The notes beneath the pieces were generated by a model that was not told the DNA's origin, ran no database searches, and saw only the letters and a program-made list of their open reading frames with translations. A stretch of 25,387 nucleotides of DNA. Source: a virus. Lineage: Duplodnaviria; Caudoviricetes. Positions within the stretch are counted from its first letter, which is position 1; the number at the start of each line of letters is the position of its first letter. The stretch spans positions 1 to 25,387 of IMG/VR virus record IMGVR_UViG_3300049164_000042; one strand, 5' to 3'. Shown one piece after another: positions 16,020-25,309 of the stretch. Both the position numbers and the translations under genes were made by a program.

Positions 16020-16526
16020 CTACGCCGCGACGACGGCGTTGGTCGTAGCCGAGCCCTGCTTGAGCATCGGGACGGTCGACTTCAGGTAGCCCTGGCCCGT
16101 TCCGCCCTGGACCTGGGCGCGGTCGGCCATGAGCTTGTACACCTCGACCTTCTGGCCCGCGGCGTACGCGGTGTCTTTCGGGAACCCGAGGCGTCGCACG
16201 AAGTAGCCGACACTCTTGTAGGTCAGCCATTCGAGCGGGTCGGAGGTCTCCCAAGCGAGCAGGTCGGGGTCCCACTGACGGAACAGCTCGAACCGCGCCA
16301 TGTAGTTCTCCATGGTGGGCGCGTCCACGTTCGCGGTCTCGCATACGGCCCGCTCCGACGTCGTGTCGGAAGCGTCGAACCGGACCTCGTAGGTCGACAC
16401 CATGAGACAAGTCAGGTCCCTGGCAGTGGCGAGCTCAGCGAGCGTGGGGGCCTCGATGTCGTCGATTCCGTCTTCACCCGGCACCCAATCGAGCCGGGTG
16501 ACGCCCTGGTCCACAAGTCGTGGCAC
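16020..16526 (-). CDS. Major tail (tube) protein (168 aa)
   Basis: Actinophage tube-like motifs APTLAEL...DLTC and GYFVRRLG....AYAAGQKVEVY; GAGGAG precedes the GTG at 16526. Confidence 0.85.
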   Translation of the reverse strand: MPRLVDQGVTRLDWVPGEDGIDDIEAPTLAELATARDLTCLMVSTYEVRFDASDTTSERAVCETANVDAPTMENYMARFELFRQWDPDLLAWETSDPLEWLTYKSVGYFVRRLGFPKDTAYAAGQKVEVYKLMADRAQVQGGTGQGYLKSTVPMLKQGSATTNAVVAA

Positions 16527-16566
16527 AGTAGTCTCCTCTGGTTGTGCCCGGAGTGCGGGCGAATGG

Positions 16567-16971
16567 TTATCGCTGCTCGGCGAGCAGCTCATACCGGTCG
16601 ATCACGACGACAACTCTCCGAGAGAGCACCTGTTCATCGCGTCGAGCGGGGAGAGAAATGGGCAACTGCACCTGCCCACACACAAAGCCAGGAATGAACG
16701 GCCGCACACCGACAACCGATCGGACCTTGTTGGCCATCCACTCGGCCATGCCCCGGTCAGGCGCCACGTAGGTCATCTGCCAGCGGTACATGCCACCGGT
16801 GAAGTCGCCTGCGACATTGCCGCCCTCAGGAGTTCCGATGTCGGGCCAGTAGATTGCGTATCGCTCGGGTACCTGGGGGTCGTTGTTCTCGTCCGGGGCG
16901 CCGGAGTCGTACACGGTCACCGTGGGGATCGGGGCCCGCATCATCTTGAGAATGTCGTCGACGATGGTCAC
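16567..16971 (-). CDS. Tail terminator / tail completion protein
   Basis: Directly upstream of the major tail gene; GTGA overlap; TVYDSGAP..RYAIYW pattern. Confidence 0.7.
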   Translation of the reverse strand: MTIVDDILKMMRAPIPTVTVYDSGAPDENNDPQVPERYAIYWPDIGTPEGGNVAGDFTGGMYRWQMTYVAPDRGMAEWMANKVRSVVGVRPFIPGFVCGQVQLPISLPARRDEQVLSRRVVVVIDRYELLAEQR

Positions 16972-17372
16972 GTTCGGCCGCCCGCCGGCCATCGAGCGAT
17001 GTTGTTCGTAGCCCTGTCGATGATCGAGTCGACGCGGTCCTCGAAAGCGGGGTTCAGGTGCGGAAACGGCGGGGCATTTGACGAGCCGTATTCGACGCCC
17101 AACCCCATCCCGCCCTGCGGTTTACTGGTCTCAGGCCCGACGATCATGCTGTACTCGCCGCCCCCGGACTCGACCTCATGCGTGATCGACCGCGGATAGT
17201 GCGGCAGGTACGTGCCGGAAGTCTGACCGCGGAGAATGTCTCTAGCCTGGAACGTCACCCATTTGCCGCCGCGGTCCAGGGCGTCCCCTACCGCTTCGTC
17301 AAGGTTGTTGCCGATCCTGGCGATTGCCGCCGCAGTCTCCGACACGTTGACCAACTGGACGCGCATCTGCAT
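16968..17372 (-). CDS. HK97 gp10-like tail completion protein
   Basis: YPRSIT.E..IVGP..VEYGS....P.PHLNPAF motif; synteny. Confidence 0.75.
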   Translation of the reverse strand: MQMRVQLVNVSETAAAIARIGNNLDEAVGDALDRGGKWVTFQARDILRGQTSGTYLPHYPRSITHEVESGGGEYSMIVGPETSKPQGGMGLGVEYGSSNAPPFPHLNPAFEDRVDSIIDRATNNIARWPAGGRT

Positions 17373-17382
17373 GACGCACCCC

Positions 17383-17787
17383 CTAATCGGTGATCTCGTC
17401 GACCAGCAGACGCTGTGCCGTAGCAAGGCTCTTGTGGTGCAGGCCCGCGATCCGGTACGACCGGCCGACCAGTCCCGTATCCGCAGATGCCGCCGTCACG
17501 GTCGCGATGTCGTTCACCGCGACAGGTCCCGCACCGATCGGCAAGTGCAGGTGGTACCGCTGCTCCGTGAACACATGGTCACCAGACTCTTTCGCGGACT
17601 CGTGCGGCTCATACGTCTGCACCTTGCATTTACCGGAGTAGACCGTGTCGGTCGGTGCCGGATCCCTCAACCCGGTCTCCGGGTCCAGCGCCCCTTCGGC
17701 GCCAGTCACTCGGGTGATCGTGCAGGCGTCCAACATGATCGCCTCAGCCGCGGCACGGCCCTCAGCAAGCAGGTCGAGGACACTCAT
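17383..17787 (-). CDS. Head closure / head-tail adaptor (DUF6093-like)
   Basis: MLDACTITR..DPETG..VYSGKCKVQ..HLP motif; synteny. Confidence 0.78.
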   Translation of the reverse strand: MSVLDLLAEGRAAAEAIMLDACTITRVTGAEGALDPETGLRDPAPTDTVYSGKCKVQTYEPHESAKESGDHVFTEQRYHLHLPIGAGPVAVNDIATVTAASADTGLVGRSYRIAGLHHKSLATAQRLLVDEITD

Positions 17788-18148
17788 CGAACACCGCCAC
17801 CGAGAACGCACTGCCCAGGCCCGCAGCGCGGCGAATCCGCCGACGATCATCCGCAGTCGTCTCGAACGGCGCCACCGTCTCTGACGCGTACGTCAACGTC
17901 CGGGTGTAGTCGTCGATCGTCGCCTGCTCCGACCGGAGCCCCGAAGCGTTCTGGTACATGCGTTTCGCCATATCCAGTGCCACCGAGAAGAACACAGCCT
18001 CACCGGCAGCGTCGAACTTGTCCTGCCCGATGACGTTGACAATCTCGACACGGATCTTCCGCTCCAAAAGCAGGTACGTGCCTTCAGCGACGTCGGACGG
18101 GTCGACTTGGAGGAAGGCGGCCAAGTCGTCCTTGGTGAACAGCGCCAT
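17762..18148 (-). CDS. Head-tail connector (adaptor) protein
   Basis: LFTKDDLAAFL..VALDMAKRMYQNASGLRSEQ.TIDDYT pattern; synteny. Confidence 0.75.
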   Translation of the reverse strand: MALFTKDDLAAFLQVDPSDVAEGTYLLLERKIRVEIVNVIGQDKFDAAGEAVFFSVALDMAKRMYQNASGLRSEQATIDDYTRTLTYASETVAPFETTADDRRRIRRAAGLGSAFSVAVFDECPRPAC

Positions 18149-18160
18149 GACCGCCTCCCC

Positions 18161-18505
18161 CTATTCGTTCTTCTCGGCGTCGACCGCGGCGATGATGTCG
18201 TCGCGGGTGTCGTCGTCGCCCACGTCAACGCCCTGCTGCGCCGCGAACGACACCCAGGCGTCCCTCCCGGAGCCAGCACCCGAACGGGGCGGTTCCACCA
18301 AGGCCTCCACCGGCTCCTCGCCGTCGCTGGCTTGGGCGTTCTCGAACTCGGATCGGGCCCGGTCGGCCTCCTCCGGGTCCGCCCACACGCCAGGGTTCGA
18401 GATCAGCAGCAGCAGCCGACCCTGCACGTCGGTGCCGCGGTTGAGGACCACCGTTCGGCCCGTCTCCGGGTCGTGGACATGCGTGGTCAGTGCGAGTTTC
18501 GGCAT
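18161..18505 (-). CDS. Small acidic head-region protein (paralog 2)
   Basis: AGGAG SD; shares motifs with the adjacent 18515-18832 gene. Confidence 0.75.
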   Translation of the reverse strand: MPKLALTTHVHDPETGRTVVLNRGTDVQGRLLLLISNPGVWADPEEADRARSEFENAQASDGEEPVEALVEPPRSGAGSGRDAWVSFAAQQGVDVGDDDTRDDIIAAVDAEKNE

Positions 18506-18514
18506 CGTCTGCTC

Positions 18515-18832
18515 CTACTCTTCGACGACGCCGGCCTCGACGAGAGCGGCGATGATGTCGTCCCGAGAGTCACCGTCTTCCACCTGGACGCCATGGGTCT
18601 GAGCGAACTCCGCCCACGCCTCCTTGGACGAGCCCTTTCCCGAGCGCGGCGGTTCCTCGTCACCCTGTGCGCTGGAGGGTTCCTCGCTCTTGGTGGACGG
18701 CGCTTCGCCGCCCTCCCACGCCTTCGGGTTGGTGATGAGGGCCGCGTGCTCCGCGGGCACCTCATCGTCCGGCCCGTAGACCACCCAGTCGTTGTCGACC
18801 GGGACATGCACGTAACTGTTCAGCTTGGCCAT
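18515..18832 (-). CDS. Small acidic head-region protein (paralog 1, 105 aa)
   Basis: TAATG coupling to the capsid gene stop; VYGPDDEVP...AALITNPKAW motif. Confidence 0.78.
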   Translation of the reverse strand: MAKLNSYVHVPVDNDWVVYGPDDEVPAEHAALITNPKAWEGGEAPSTKSEEPSSAQGDEEPPRSGKGSSKEAWAEFAQTHGVQVEDGDSRDDIIAALVEAGVVEE

Positions 18833-19845
18833 TACGGGATCACATCCGCAGCGAAGGACAGATCCGGGTTGGCGAGGATCGGCATCGCGATAGCTGCCGC
18901 CTTCGTCCACACCGCCACCGGGTCTTTGGTCGAGTAGGCGCCGGCGACGATCCCGGCTTCCGAACCGGAGAGACCGAACTCGGGCTCGAGGGATTCGGCG
19001 GTGGTGCCGTACAGGGTCGCGCCCATCTCACCCGAACCGACGGCCGGGAGCAGAAGCACCTTGTCGTCGGCGATGACCCGCGTCGCGGACCCGTTGACGC
19101 GGACCTGCGCGTCGTAGGTGATGACGGGAGGCAGGCCGTGCGAGGCCAGCATGTTGTCGACCGCGTTGTTGTTCACCAGGGTCGGCGTGCCCGCCATGGT
19201 CGCCACGAGCTGACGGAACGCCTCGTTGCGGAGCATGTAGCCCATGACCTTGCGGGAGGTGACGATCGACCCGGGCTCCTGCCCAGTGTTCGCCACGTAC
19301 GTGTCCCGCCAGGTGTTCAGGTCGCCGATGATGTCGGTCGCAGCCAGCGCCCACGAGGCGGCAGCGGTCACGGTGTGACCTGCGGCGCGACCGAAGTCGG
19401 CTTCCGCGATGACGCCGTTCTCCGAGATCGTGACCTTGCCGGTGACGAGCGCCTGGCCTCGAGCCAGCTCGAGACGGGCAGCGACGGACTGCACCATCCG
19501 CTCAGCGTCCGACATGATCGCGTCGCCAACGGCTTCCTGCAGCTTGCGCTGGCGGAGGCGGTCGTACTCGCTCAGACGGATCTTCCGCGAGATGGGCGGC
19601 AGTTCGCCGGTGACCCGGGAGATACCCGGACGGGAACCGATCGGGGACTCGGCGTCGTAGGCGCGGAACGTCGCCGCGTCGGCGAGCCCGTCACCGCCGC
19701 GGGCAAACCGGTACTCGAGGTCGTCCACGAGACGGTTCGGCAGCCAGCGGGAGAGCGTGAAGCGGTTGATCTCCAGATCACCCGCGGCGGCCCGAGCGAA
19801 CCCGGTCAGTTCGGCAGGTTCGATGTAGTCAGTGTTCAGCAGCAT
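18832..19845 (-). CDS. Major capsid protein (lambda gpE-like family)
   Basis: 337 aa, follows the decoration gene; FRAYDAES, GELPPISRK and ARLELARGQALVTGK motifs. Confidence 0.9.
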   Translation of the reverse strand: MLLNTDYIEPAELTGFARAAAGDLEINRFTLSRWLPNRLVDDLEYRFARGGDGLADAATFRAYDAESPIGSRPGISRVTGELPPISRKIRLSEYDRLRQRKLQEAVGDAIMSDAERMVQSVAARLELARGQALVTGKVTISENGVIAEADFGRAAGHTVTAAASWALAATDIIGDLNTWRDTYVANTGQEPGSIVTSRKVMGYMLRNEAFRQLVATMAGTPTLVNNNAVDNMLASHGLPPVITYDAQVRVNGSATRVIADDKVLLLPAVGSGEMGATLYGTTAESLEPEFGLSGSEAGIVAGAYSTKDPVAVWTKAAAIAMPILANPDLSFAADVIP

Positions 19846-19858
19846 GTCTCAAACCCCC

Positions 19859-20248
19859 CTAGACGAACGTGATTCGGCCGGCGACATCGGTCTTGCCGGC
19901 GGCGTCGACGGCCACGGGGAGCTTCGCCTCGACGACGATCCCGTGGATGAGCAGTGCACCGACAACGTCGGTGGTGGTGGCAGCGGGAGCCTTCACCGGG
20001 GTCAGGAGGAACCCGACCAGGGTCTCGGTGCCGTCCGCGGCGGCGTTGGAGTACGGCGCGTACTTCCCGGTCGCGGTGATCTTCCCCAGCGGCAGACCGC
20101 TCTTGAAGAACCCGTTCGGGTAGTGCGTCCCCGACGTGAACGCCGAGGTGTCGAGCGTGATCGACCGGGCAGACGACGTCCCGTGGGCAGAGCCCAGCCA
20201 GGTCTGGTCATCAGCGGCGAACGTCTCGGACCTGACAGACAGATCCAT
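19859..20248 (-). CDS. Head decoration protein
   Basis: KSGLPLGKITATGKYAPY..DGTETLVGFL..ALLIHG pattern; lies between scaffold and capsid genes. Confidence 0.82.
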   Translation of the reverse strand: MDLSVRSETFAADDQTWLGSAHGTSSARSITLDTSAFTSGTHYPNGFFKSGLPLGKITATGKYAPYSNAAADGTETLVGFLLTPVKAPAATTTDVVGALLIHGIVVEAKLPVAVDAAGKTDVAGRITFV

Positions 20249-20277
20249 GGTGTTCTCCTTCCACCCGGTAGACCGGG

Positions 20278-20835
20278 CTAATAGGTGGGACCCTGCTTCT
20301 TGCGGGCCTCGTATTTGGCGGCTCCGGACTGGATGCCGCCTGAAGTCCCGCCGGGCCTTGCGCCCTGAGCGGGGTCACCCCGCGGCCCTTTCGGGGCGTC
20401 GGGAGTGGTTTGTGGGAACAGCACCAGCAGCGCCTCGGCGTCGGCCTGCAGTTCTTCGGCGGTCTCGCCTTGGAGGCGGGCCGCCTGAGCAGGTGTCAGC
20501 CCCTTCGCGGTAGCGACTTCGAGACGGAGCCGCCCCAGGCGTTCCTGAGCGGCCTCGGCTTTGATCTGCTCGAGTTCCGCGGCGAGTTTCTCCGTGTCGG
20601 AGGGCTCCACGCCCGGAACCGCGCCGCGGAGGCCCTTCACGAGCTCCAGCAGCGGCGCCATCTCTTTGAGCTGAGACTCCAGCGCCTTGCGTGCTTCTCG
20701 TTCCTGCCGGAGGGCTTTCTCGCCTGCGGCTCCGAGAGGCTTGTCCTCGTCCTGCTTGGGCTCCGAAGCCTGCTCGACAGAAGCGGGTTCCGGGCTTCCC
20801 TCAGGGATCGACTCGGTTTCGATGATGTCGGGCAT
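20278..20835 (-). CDS. Capsid scaffolding protein
   Basis: Acidic N-terminus, LG.AGEKAL..ER coiled coil and RLQGET.EEL.ADAE.L; GAGGAG precedes the ATG at 20835. Confidence 0.85.
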   Translation of the reverse strand: MPDIIETESIPEGSPEPASVEQASEPKQDEDKPLGAAGEKALRQEREARKALESQLKEMAPLLELVKGLRGAVPGVEPSDTEKLAAELEQIKAEAAQERLGRLRLEVATAKGLTPAQAARLQGETAEELQADAEALLVLFPQTTPDAPKGPRGDPAQGARPGGTSGGIQSGAAKYEARKKQGPTY

Positions 20836-20921
20836 CGCGCCAGACTCCTCATGAGATTCGCTCGGCATCGCACCGAGCGGGCCAGTAGCGCTGGCCATCG
20901 CCATCCCCGAGACGGGGGAAG

Positions 20922-21872
20922 TCAGTAGATGTAGCCGTGGAGCTTCAACAGGCGCAGTGCGTCTGCCAGGTCCTTCGCGACCTCGTAGATGCTCTCGGGC
21001 ATCAAACGCATGACCTGCTGCCCTCGTGAACCGGTAGCGCGAAGCTCCGCGGTCGTGAACAGGTCCTGCCCGAACACGTCCCGGTGTGCCAGGCGCCTGC
21101 GCTGCCCCTCCGCTGCGCCCGACATGCCCGCGGCTTTCCTACGAGCATTCACGACACGGGCCATGTCGGCCCCGTCCCTGATGGCCTGCGCGCCGGCCTT
21201 CGTGAAGATCCGGTCCTGCTCAGCCGTGGAGAGGTTGTCGAAGTACGCCTTCGGATCCGTAATCAAGTCTTCCCGCGGATCGCCAACGATGGGGACCGAG
21301 ATGCAATTGCACCGCGGGTGCCGTTTGAAGTCCGTCCGCCAGGCTCGGTCCGAACCGGCCAGGATCACGCTCGAGCACGACGGCGGCGTGATCGCCCGCG
21401 CGTACCGAGTCACCTGGCGTGTCGTGGACACGATTGCCCCCGCGACGCGGAAGGCGTCACCCACCTGCGTCCCGGCGATCATCTGCGCGTGCGAACCACC
21501 GAAGGCCATTGCTCTCGGGACTGTCGCGCCACGTTTCAACGCCTCGATCGCCGTGAACGCCGGCGACAGCAACAGGGTGTCAAGTGGCCGACCATCGGAA
21601 GCCCAACCGGCCAACCCGAACGGCAGGATCTCCCCGACAGCATCGTTGCCGCCGCCCTGCACCCGCAGCGCCTCATCCACATACGGTGTGGCCGCGACCG
21701 CGGCCTGCGCCTGCATCGCGACGAGTGTCTGCACGAACGCCGGCACCAACAACTTCCACGAATCGAGAATCCGACCCGAGTCCACCTGCGACCACAAGGA
21801 CCTCGCGGTCCGTTCAGCCGCTTGCGAGGTCTGGCTAGTTCGCTTCTTGAAGCTCAGCGCGGCCTGCAGCAC
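20922..21872 (-). CDS. Minor head / capsid maturation (MuF-like) protein
   Basis: Follows the portal gene; FKRHPRCNC and RLMPESIY motifs; GGAGG precedes the GTG. Confidence 0.75.
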   Translation of the reverse strand: MLQAALSFKKRTSQTSQAAERTARSLWSQVDSGRILDSWKLLVPAFVQTLVAMQAQAAVAATPYVDEALRVQGGGNDAVGEILPFGLAGWASDGRPLDTLLLSPAFTAIEALKRGATVPRAMAFGGSHAQMIAGTQVGDAFRVAGAIVSTTRQVTRYARAITPPSCSSVILAGSDRAWRTDFKRHPRCNCISVPIVGDPREDLITDPKAYFDNLSTAEQDRIFTKAGAQAIRDGADMARVVNARRKAAGMSGAAEGQRRRLAHRDVFGQDLFTTAELRATGSRGQQVMRLMPESIYEVAKDLADALRLLKLHGYIY

Positions 21873-23217
21873 TCACGGCCTCCTGCTGGCGGGCGAACAC
21901 CGTCATCGGGTCCGACTCGAGCGCTTTCGCGTCCTCGTCTTCCATGAGCGTGATCTGCGTGTCCGTGTAGCCCATGTCCTCGCGGGTCTGCCGCAGGGGA
22001 ACAATCCCTGCGGTGAACAGCTTCACCGCGGCGTCCGCTTTCTGCGCGACCGTGGGGGTGGCCGCGTTGCGCCAGATCGTCTCCAGCTGCCGCATGTCAG
22101 GGTCGTCCTTGCCGGTGGCGATCCGCTTCGCGATCCGCATGACCTGCTCCCAGCCGCCGCCGAAAGTCCGCTGCTTGCGCTCGGCCCGCTTCACCAGCTG
22201 CGACTCCGAGGAACGGATCGCGTCCGCTGAAGCAGGATTGTCGCCGGTGAACTGCATGTAATGCGGGGGCAGTGCCAGCATCTGCGCGGCCAGCTGCGAC
22301 AGGAGCTTGATCGAGCTGTGGAAGTTCGCCAGATCCGCTTCCTGGAACTGGCCCATCTGCACTTCTGACGGGTTCCGGTCAGCGGCCCAGATACGGCCCG
22401 CGACCTTCGACCAGTTCGAGACCGGGTTACCGTCCTGGTCGGCCCAGTCTTCCTCGCTCATGCCGACAACCCACCGGCGCGGCATGGCGTGGAACTCGGC
22501 GCTGACCATCATGTCGGTCGCCATCTTGTTGGCCGCGTTCGCGACCGGGATGATGCTCTTGAATTCGCTCTTACCGAGCGAGTCCAGCATCCGTTTCCGG
22601 TTCATCAGCGGCACCACCGAGCACACACCCCGGTTGTGGGCGACGACATCGGCATCTTCCCACTTGCCGTCTCGCATGACGTAGTAGTACGTCTCGTTCA
22701 GGCCATAGAGGGCCGCGTTCTCAACCGGATAGGTAGGGTCTTCGTCGTCAGTCCAGCGCTTCAAGCCCCACATGACTCGGCGCGTACGCGGGTCCTGATA
22801 GGTCACCACCTGGGTCGGATGCTCGACCGTGATCAGCGGAGTCTTAGGGTCTTCCTCGTTTTCCCCGACGATCGCGAACGCCCGGCCGTTGATCAGCGCT
22901 TCGAGATGCGTCTGGGACGACTCTTCGTCGAGGTCGTTCACCTGCCAGATCCGCCACAAGTCCTTGTCGGCCTTGCCTTTACCCGGCAGACGGAACCCTT
23001 CGACGTCAAGTCTGGTCTCGTACGCCTCGACACCCAGTTCAGGCCAGTTGATGACCAGCTGGGTCATCCGCTCCCCGAACTCCGCCTCCAAGGCTGCGGC
23101 CATGTACTTGATCGGCTGCTCGCCCTCGAAATACAGCGACAGCTCTTTCAGCGGCTTCAGCTGCCTCAGACGCTGCGCCTCGAGCAGGCCCAGCCAGTCC
23201 AGGGGTTCACGAGCCAC
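21835..23217 (-). CDS. Portal protein (SPP1 gp6-like)
   Basis: YFEGEQ, INWPELGV...ETRL.VEGF, WQVNDLD and NPASADAIR..E..LVKRAERKQ..FG motifs. Confidence 0.92.
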   Translation of the reverse strand: MAREPLDWLGLLEAQRLRQLKPLKELSLYFEGEQPIKYMAAALEAEFGERMTQLVINWPELGVEAYETRLDVEGFRLPGKGKADKDLWRIWQVNDLDEESSQTHLEALINGRAFAIVGENEEDPKTPLITVEHPTQVVTYQDPRTRRVMWGLKRWTDDEDPTYPVENAALYGLNETYYYVMRDGKWEDADVVAHNRGVCSVVPLMNRKRMLDSLGKSEFKSIIPVANAANKMATDMMVSAEFHAMPRRWVVGMSEEDWADQDGNPVSNWSKVAGRIWAADRNPSEVQMGQFQEADLANFHSSIKLLSQLAAQMLALPPHYMQFTGDNPASADAIRSSESQLVKRAERKQRTFGGGWEQVMRIAKRIATGKDDPDMRQLETIWRNAATPTVAQKADAAVKLFTAGIVPLRQTREDMGYTDTQITLMEDEDAKALESDPMTVFARQQEAVSAAGRAELQEAN

Positions 23218-23226
23218 GGCAACCCC

Positions 23227-24864
23227 CTACCTGTAGACGACCATGCCGCCCTTGCGGATACGCGGCCACAGATTCGCGGCAGTGACATCGCAGGCGGCTT
23301 CATGGCAGATGATTGACGTGACGGCGAGGTCGATCTTCTGCCCCCTGGAGGGCTTTTCAAGGACGTACCGTCCCTGGTTCCGGGCTGCGCGGCGGGCATT
23401 GCGGATGTGGTGCTCTGTGGTCTCGCAGCCGTCGTGCGTGAACGACGAATCGGATTTCGACACGTCGATGACGAGGCGTTCCGCAGCGGCGTGCATCTGC
23501 ACGATCCGCCATGTGGCCCAGCGCATCACAACCCGTTCGCCGTACTGCTCCGACCACTGGTCAAGCTCGGTGGTCCAGTACGGCGGGTCGCCGTAGAACC
23601 GGATCACCTTGTACCGCTGCATGATCTCGTCCACGGCGGCCGCGACTTCCAGGCGCGGCACCTGGCCGTCGAAGTCAGCCGGGTTCCAGATCGCGGGCCG
23701 TTGATTCGGGCCGTACGTCGGCGTGAACTGGTAGCCGTCGCGGGTCTCCAGGCGGATCCCGGTCCAGTCGTCCTGGTCCGAACCGTCGAAACCACCGACT
23801 ACCGCTTCACCGTCGGGGACCTCGCGCGGTGCCTTCCGTTTCTCCCACTCAGCGACTTCGATCCAAGCGCCGGCGCCGTACACGATCCGATTGCCGTAGA
23901 AGCGTTCCGCCTGAGCGGGGTCCTTCTCCATCAGCTCGGCTGCTTCGGCTTCGATGCCGTCGATGTTGACGTGCTTCGAACCCGCGTACACGTACCGGAA
24001 GATCTTGCGTCGCTCGGCCTTGTTCGTGAACGACAGGTTCTTCGGCGGCGGCTCGTAGAACTTGAACACGTCGGTCACGGCGGACTCGAACGTCCGCTGC
24101 GCCACCGAGTCCTCAGCCGGGTCCCACGGGTTCGTCGTCTCGATCGACCGGCCGCCCATACCGGCCAGGCCGCGGCGCATCGTCTCCGCCACTTTCCGGA
24201 GCTTGTTCGTGCTGTTGTACAGGCCGGTCTCGTCCTGCATGGCGAACGTGATGGGGTTGCCCAAGCGGGCCTGCGCCGAGGCCGTGACCGTGTCGATCCG
24301 GCCGCCGTTCGTCGTGCGAACGAACTCCTCGCCGGCGCGCATCTGGTCCCCGAGCGGGCCCGATCGGATCATCTCCTGCAACGGCCCATACACGTTGTCG
24401 ACCTGATCCTCAGCGGTCGCCAGCAACTGGATCAAGGGTTTCGGCCACGGCATGCCCATCGGCTCGCCCGGCCCGTACTCGTACACCCACCCGCATCCGC
24501 AACCATGGTCGCGGCAGTCGTAGAGCTCCCCGCCCACCGCCCAACCGGCGAACACCACCGGTCCGACAGCCTCGGCCGCGACGATCGTCGCCGACCACGG
24601 CCCTTTGCCAGTCTTCTGCGGCGCGACGATCAAACTGCGGCGGTTGTGGAACGCTGGCGCCAGGATCGGCCGCTCCGGGCGCCACACCGTTCCCGGCTTG
24701 ACCCGGTAGTGGTTGACCGTCGCCCACAACTGCCAGTCGTACAAGTCGAACGGTTTACCGCGCTCGAACCCGTCAGGGACCAGGCAATGCGCCTCTATCC
24801 AATCAGGAACGATCCACAACGTAGGGAAGTCGACGACATACTCAGGCCGCGCCAGCGCCGCCAT
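23227..24864 (-). CDS. terL: Terminase large subunit
   Basis: Walker A-like PQKTGKG, Walker B FAMQDE, nuclease motifs GFDGS and KIDLAV; upstream of the portal gene. Confidence 0.92.
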   Translation of the reverse strand: MAALARPEYVVDFPTLWIVPDWIEAHCLVPDGFERGKPFDLYDWQLWATVNHYRVKPGTVWRPERPILAPAFHNRRSLIVAPQKTGKGPWSATIVAAEAVGPVVFAGWAVGGELYDCRDHGCGCGWVYEYGPGEPMGMPWPKPLIQLLATAEDQVDNVYGPLQEMIRSGPLGDQMRAGEEFVRTTNGGRIDTVTASAQARLGNPITFAMQDETGLYNSTNKLRKVAETMRRGLAGMGGRSIETTNPWDPAEDSVAQRTFESAVTDVFKFYEPPPKNLSFTNKAERRKIFRYVYAGSKHVNIDGIEAEAAELMEKDPAQAERFYGNRIVYGAGAWIEVAEWEKRKAPREVPDGEAVVGGFDGSDQDDWTGIRLETRDGYQFTPTYGPNQRPAIWNPADFDGQVPRLEVAAAVDEIMQRYKVIRFYGDPPYWTTELDQWSEQYGERVVMRWATWRIVQMHAAAERLVIDVSKSDSSFTHDGCETTEHHIRNARRAARNQGRYVLEKPSRGQKIDLAVTSIICHEAACDVTAANLWPRIRKGGMVVYR

Positions 24865-25309
24865 CGATCACCTTGAAGCGATCCTTGGACGACGGACGCT
24901 TCGGCGCCGCCTTCGAGGCGGCGGGCGAAGCCGCCGGCGCCGTCCCGATGCTCCAACCGTTCTCCTTCAGCCCCGCCGGCGTCATCCCGATCTGGTCCGC
25001 CAAGCGGATCACCGCGTTGATGTCCGACGCGTTCGCGTCCCGCGACTCCGCCAGAGCAGTCCGGCGAACCCACAACGCGACCGTCTGCCAGCGCCACGGC
25101 TCGTCAATCCACGCGTGCGCCTGCGGAGTCCGCCACGCCCGATCCCATAGCGCCACTTCACGGGAGCTCGGGTCGGGCAACGGGATCTCCGGGGCCTCCC
25201 GGTCGAGAGGCTCCAGCGGCAGTACCCGAAGCGTCAGCCGCTTCTCACTCCGCAGCGAGCTCGGATCCGGCTGAGGCCCGGATCGGTTCCTGCTTCCTCC
25301 GCTTGCCAT
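24842..25309 (-). CDS. terS: Terminase small subunit (putative)
   Basis: MASGG.RNRSGP.PDP, LW..AW.TPQA..W and IGMTPAGL motifs; AAGGAG precedes the ATG at 25309; overlaps terL. Confidence 0.78.
   Translation of the reverse strand: MASGGSRNRSGPQPDPSSLRSEKRLTLRVLPLEPLDREAPEIPLPDPSSREVALWDRAWRTPQAHAWIDEPWRWQTVALWVRRTALAESRDANASDINAVIRLADQIGMTPAGLKENGWSIGTAPAASPAASKAAPKRPSSKDRFKVIDGGAGAA

Noticed and set aside
5066-24876. Long + strand ORFs such as 5066-6250, 15672-16697, 20989-22230 and 23407-24876
   Set aside because: They are antisense shadows of well-supported high-GC phage genes and contain no recognisable motifs.
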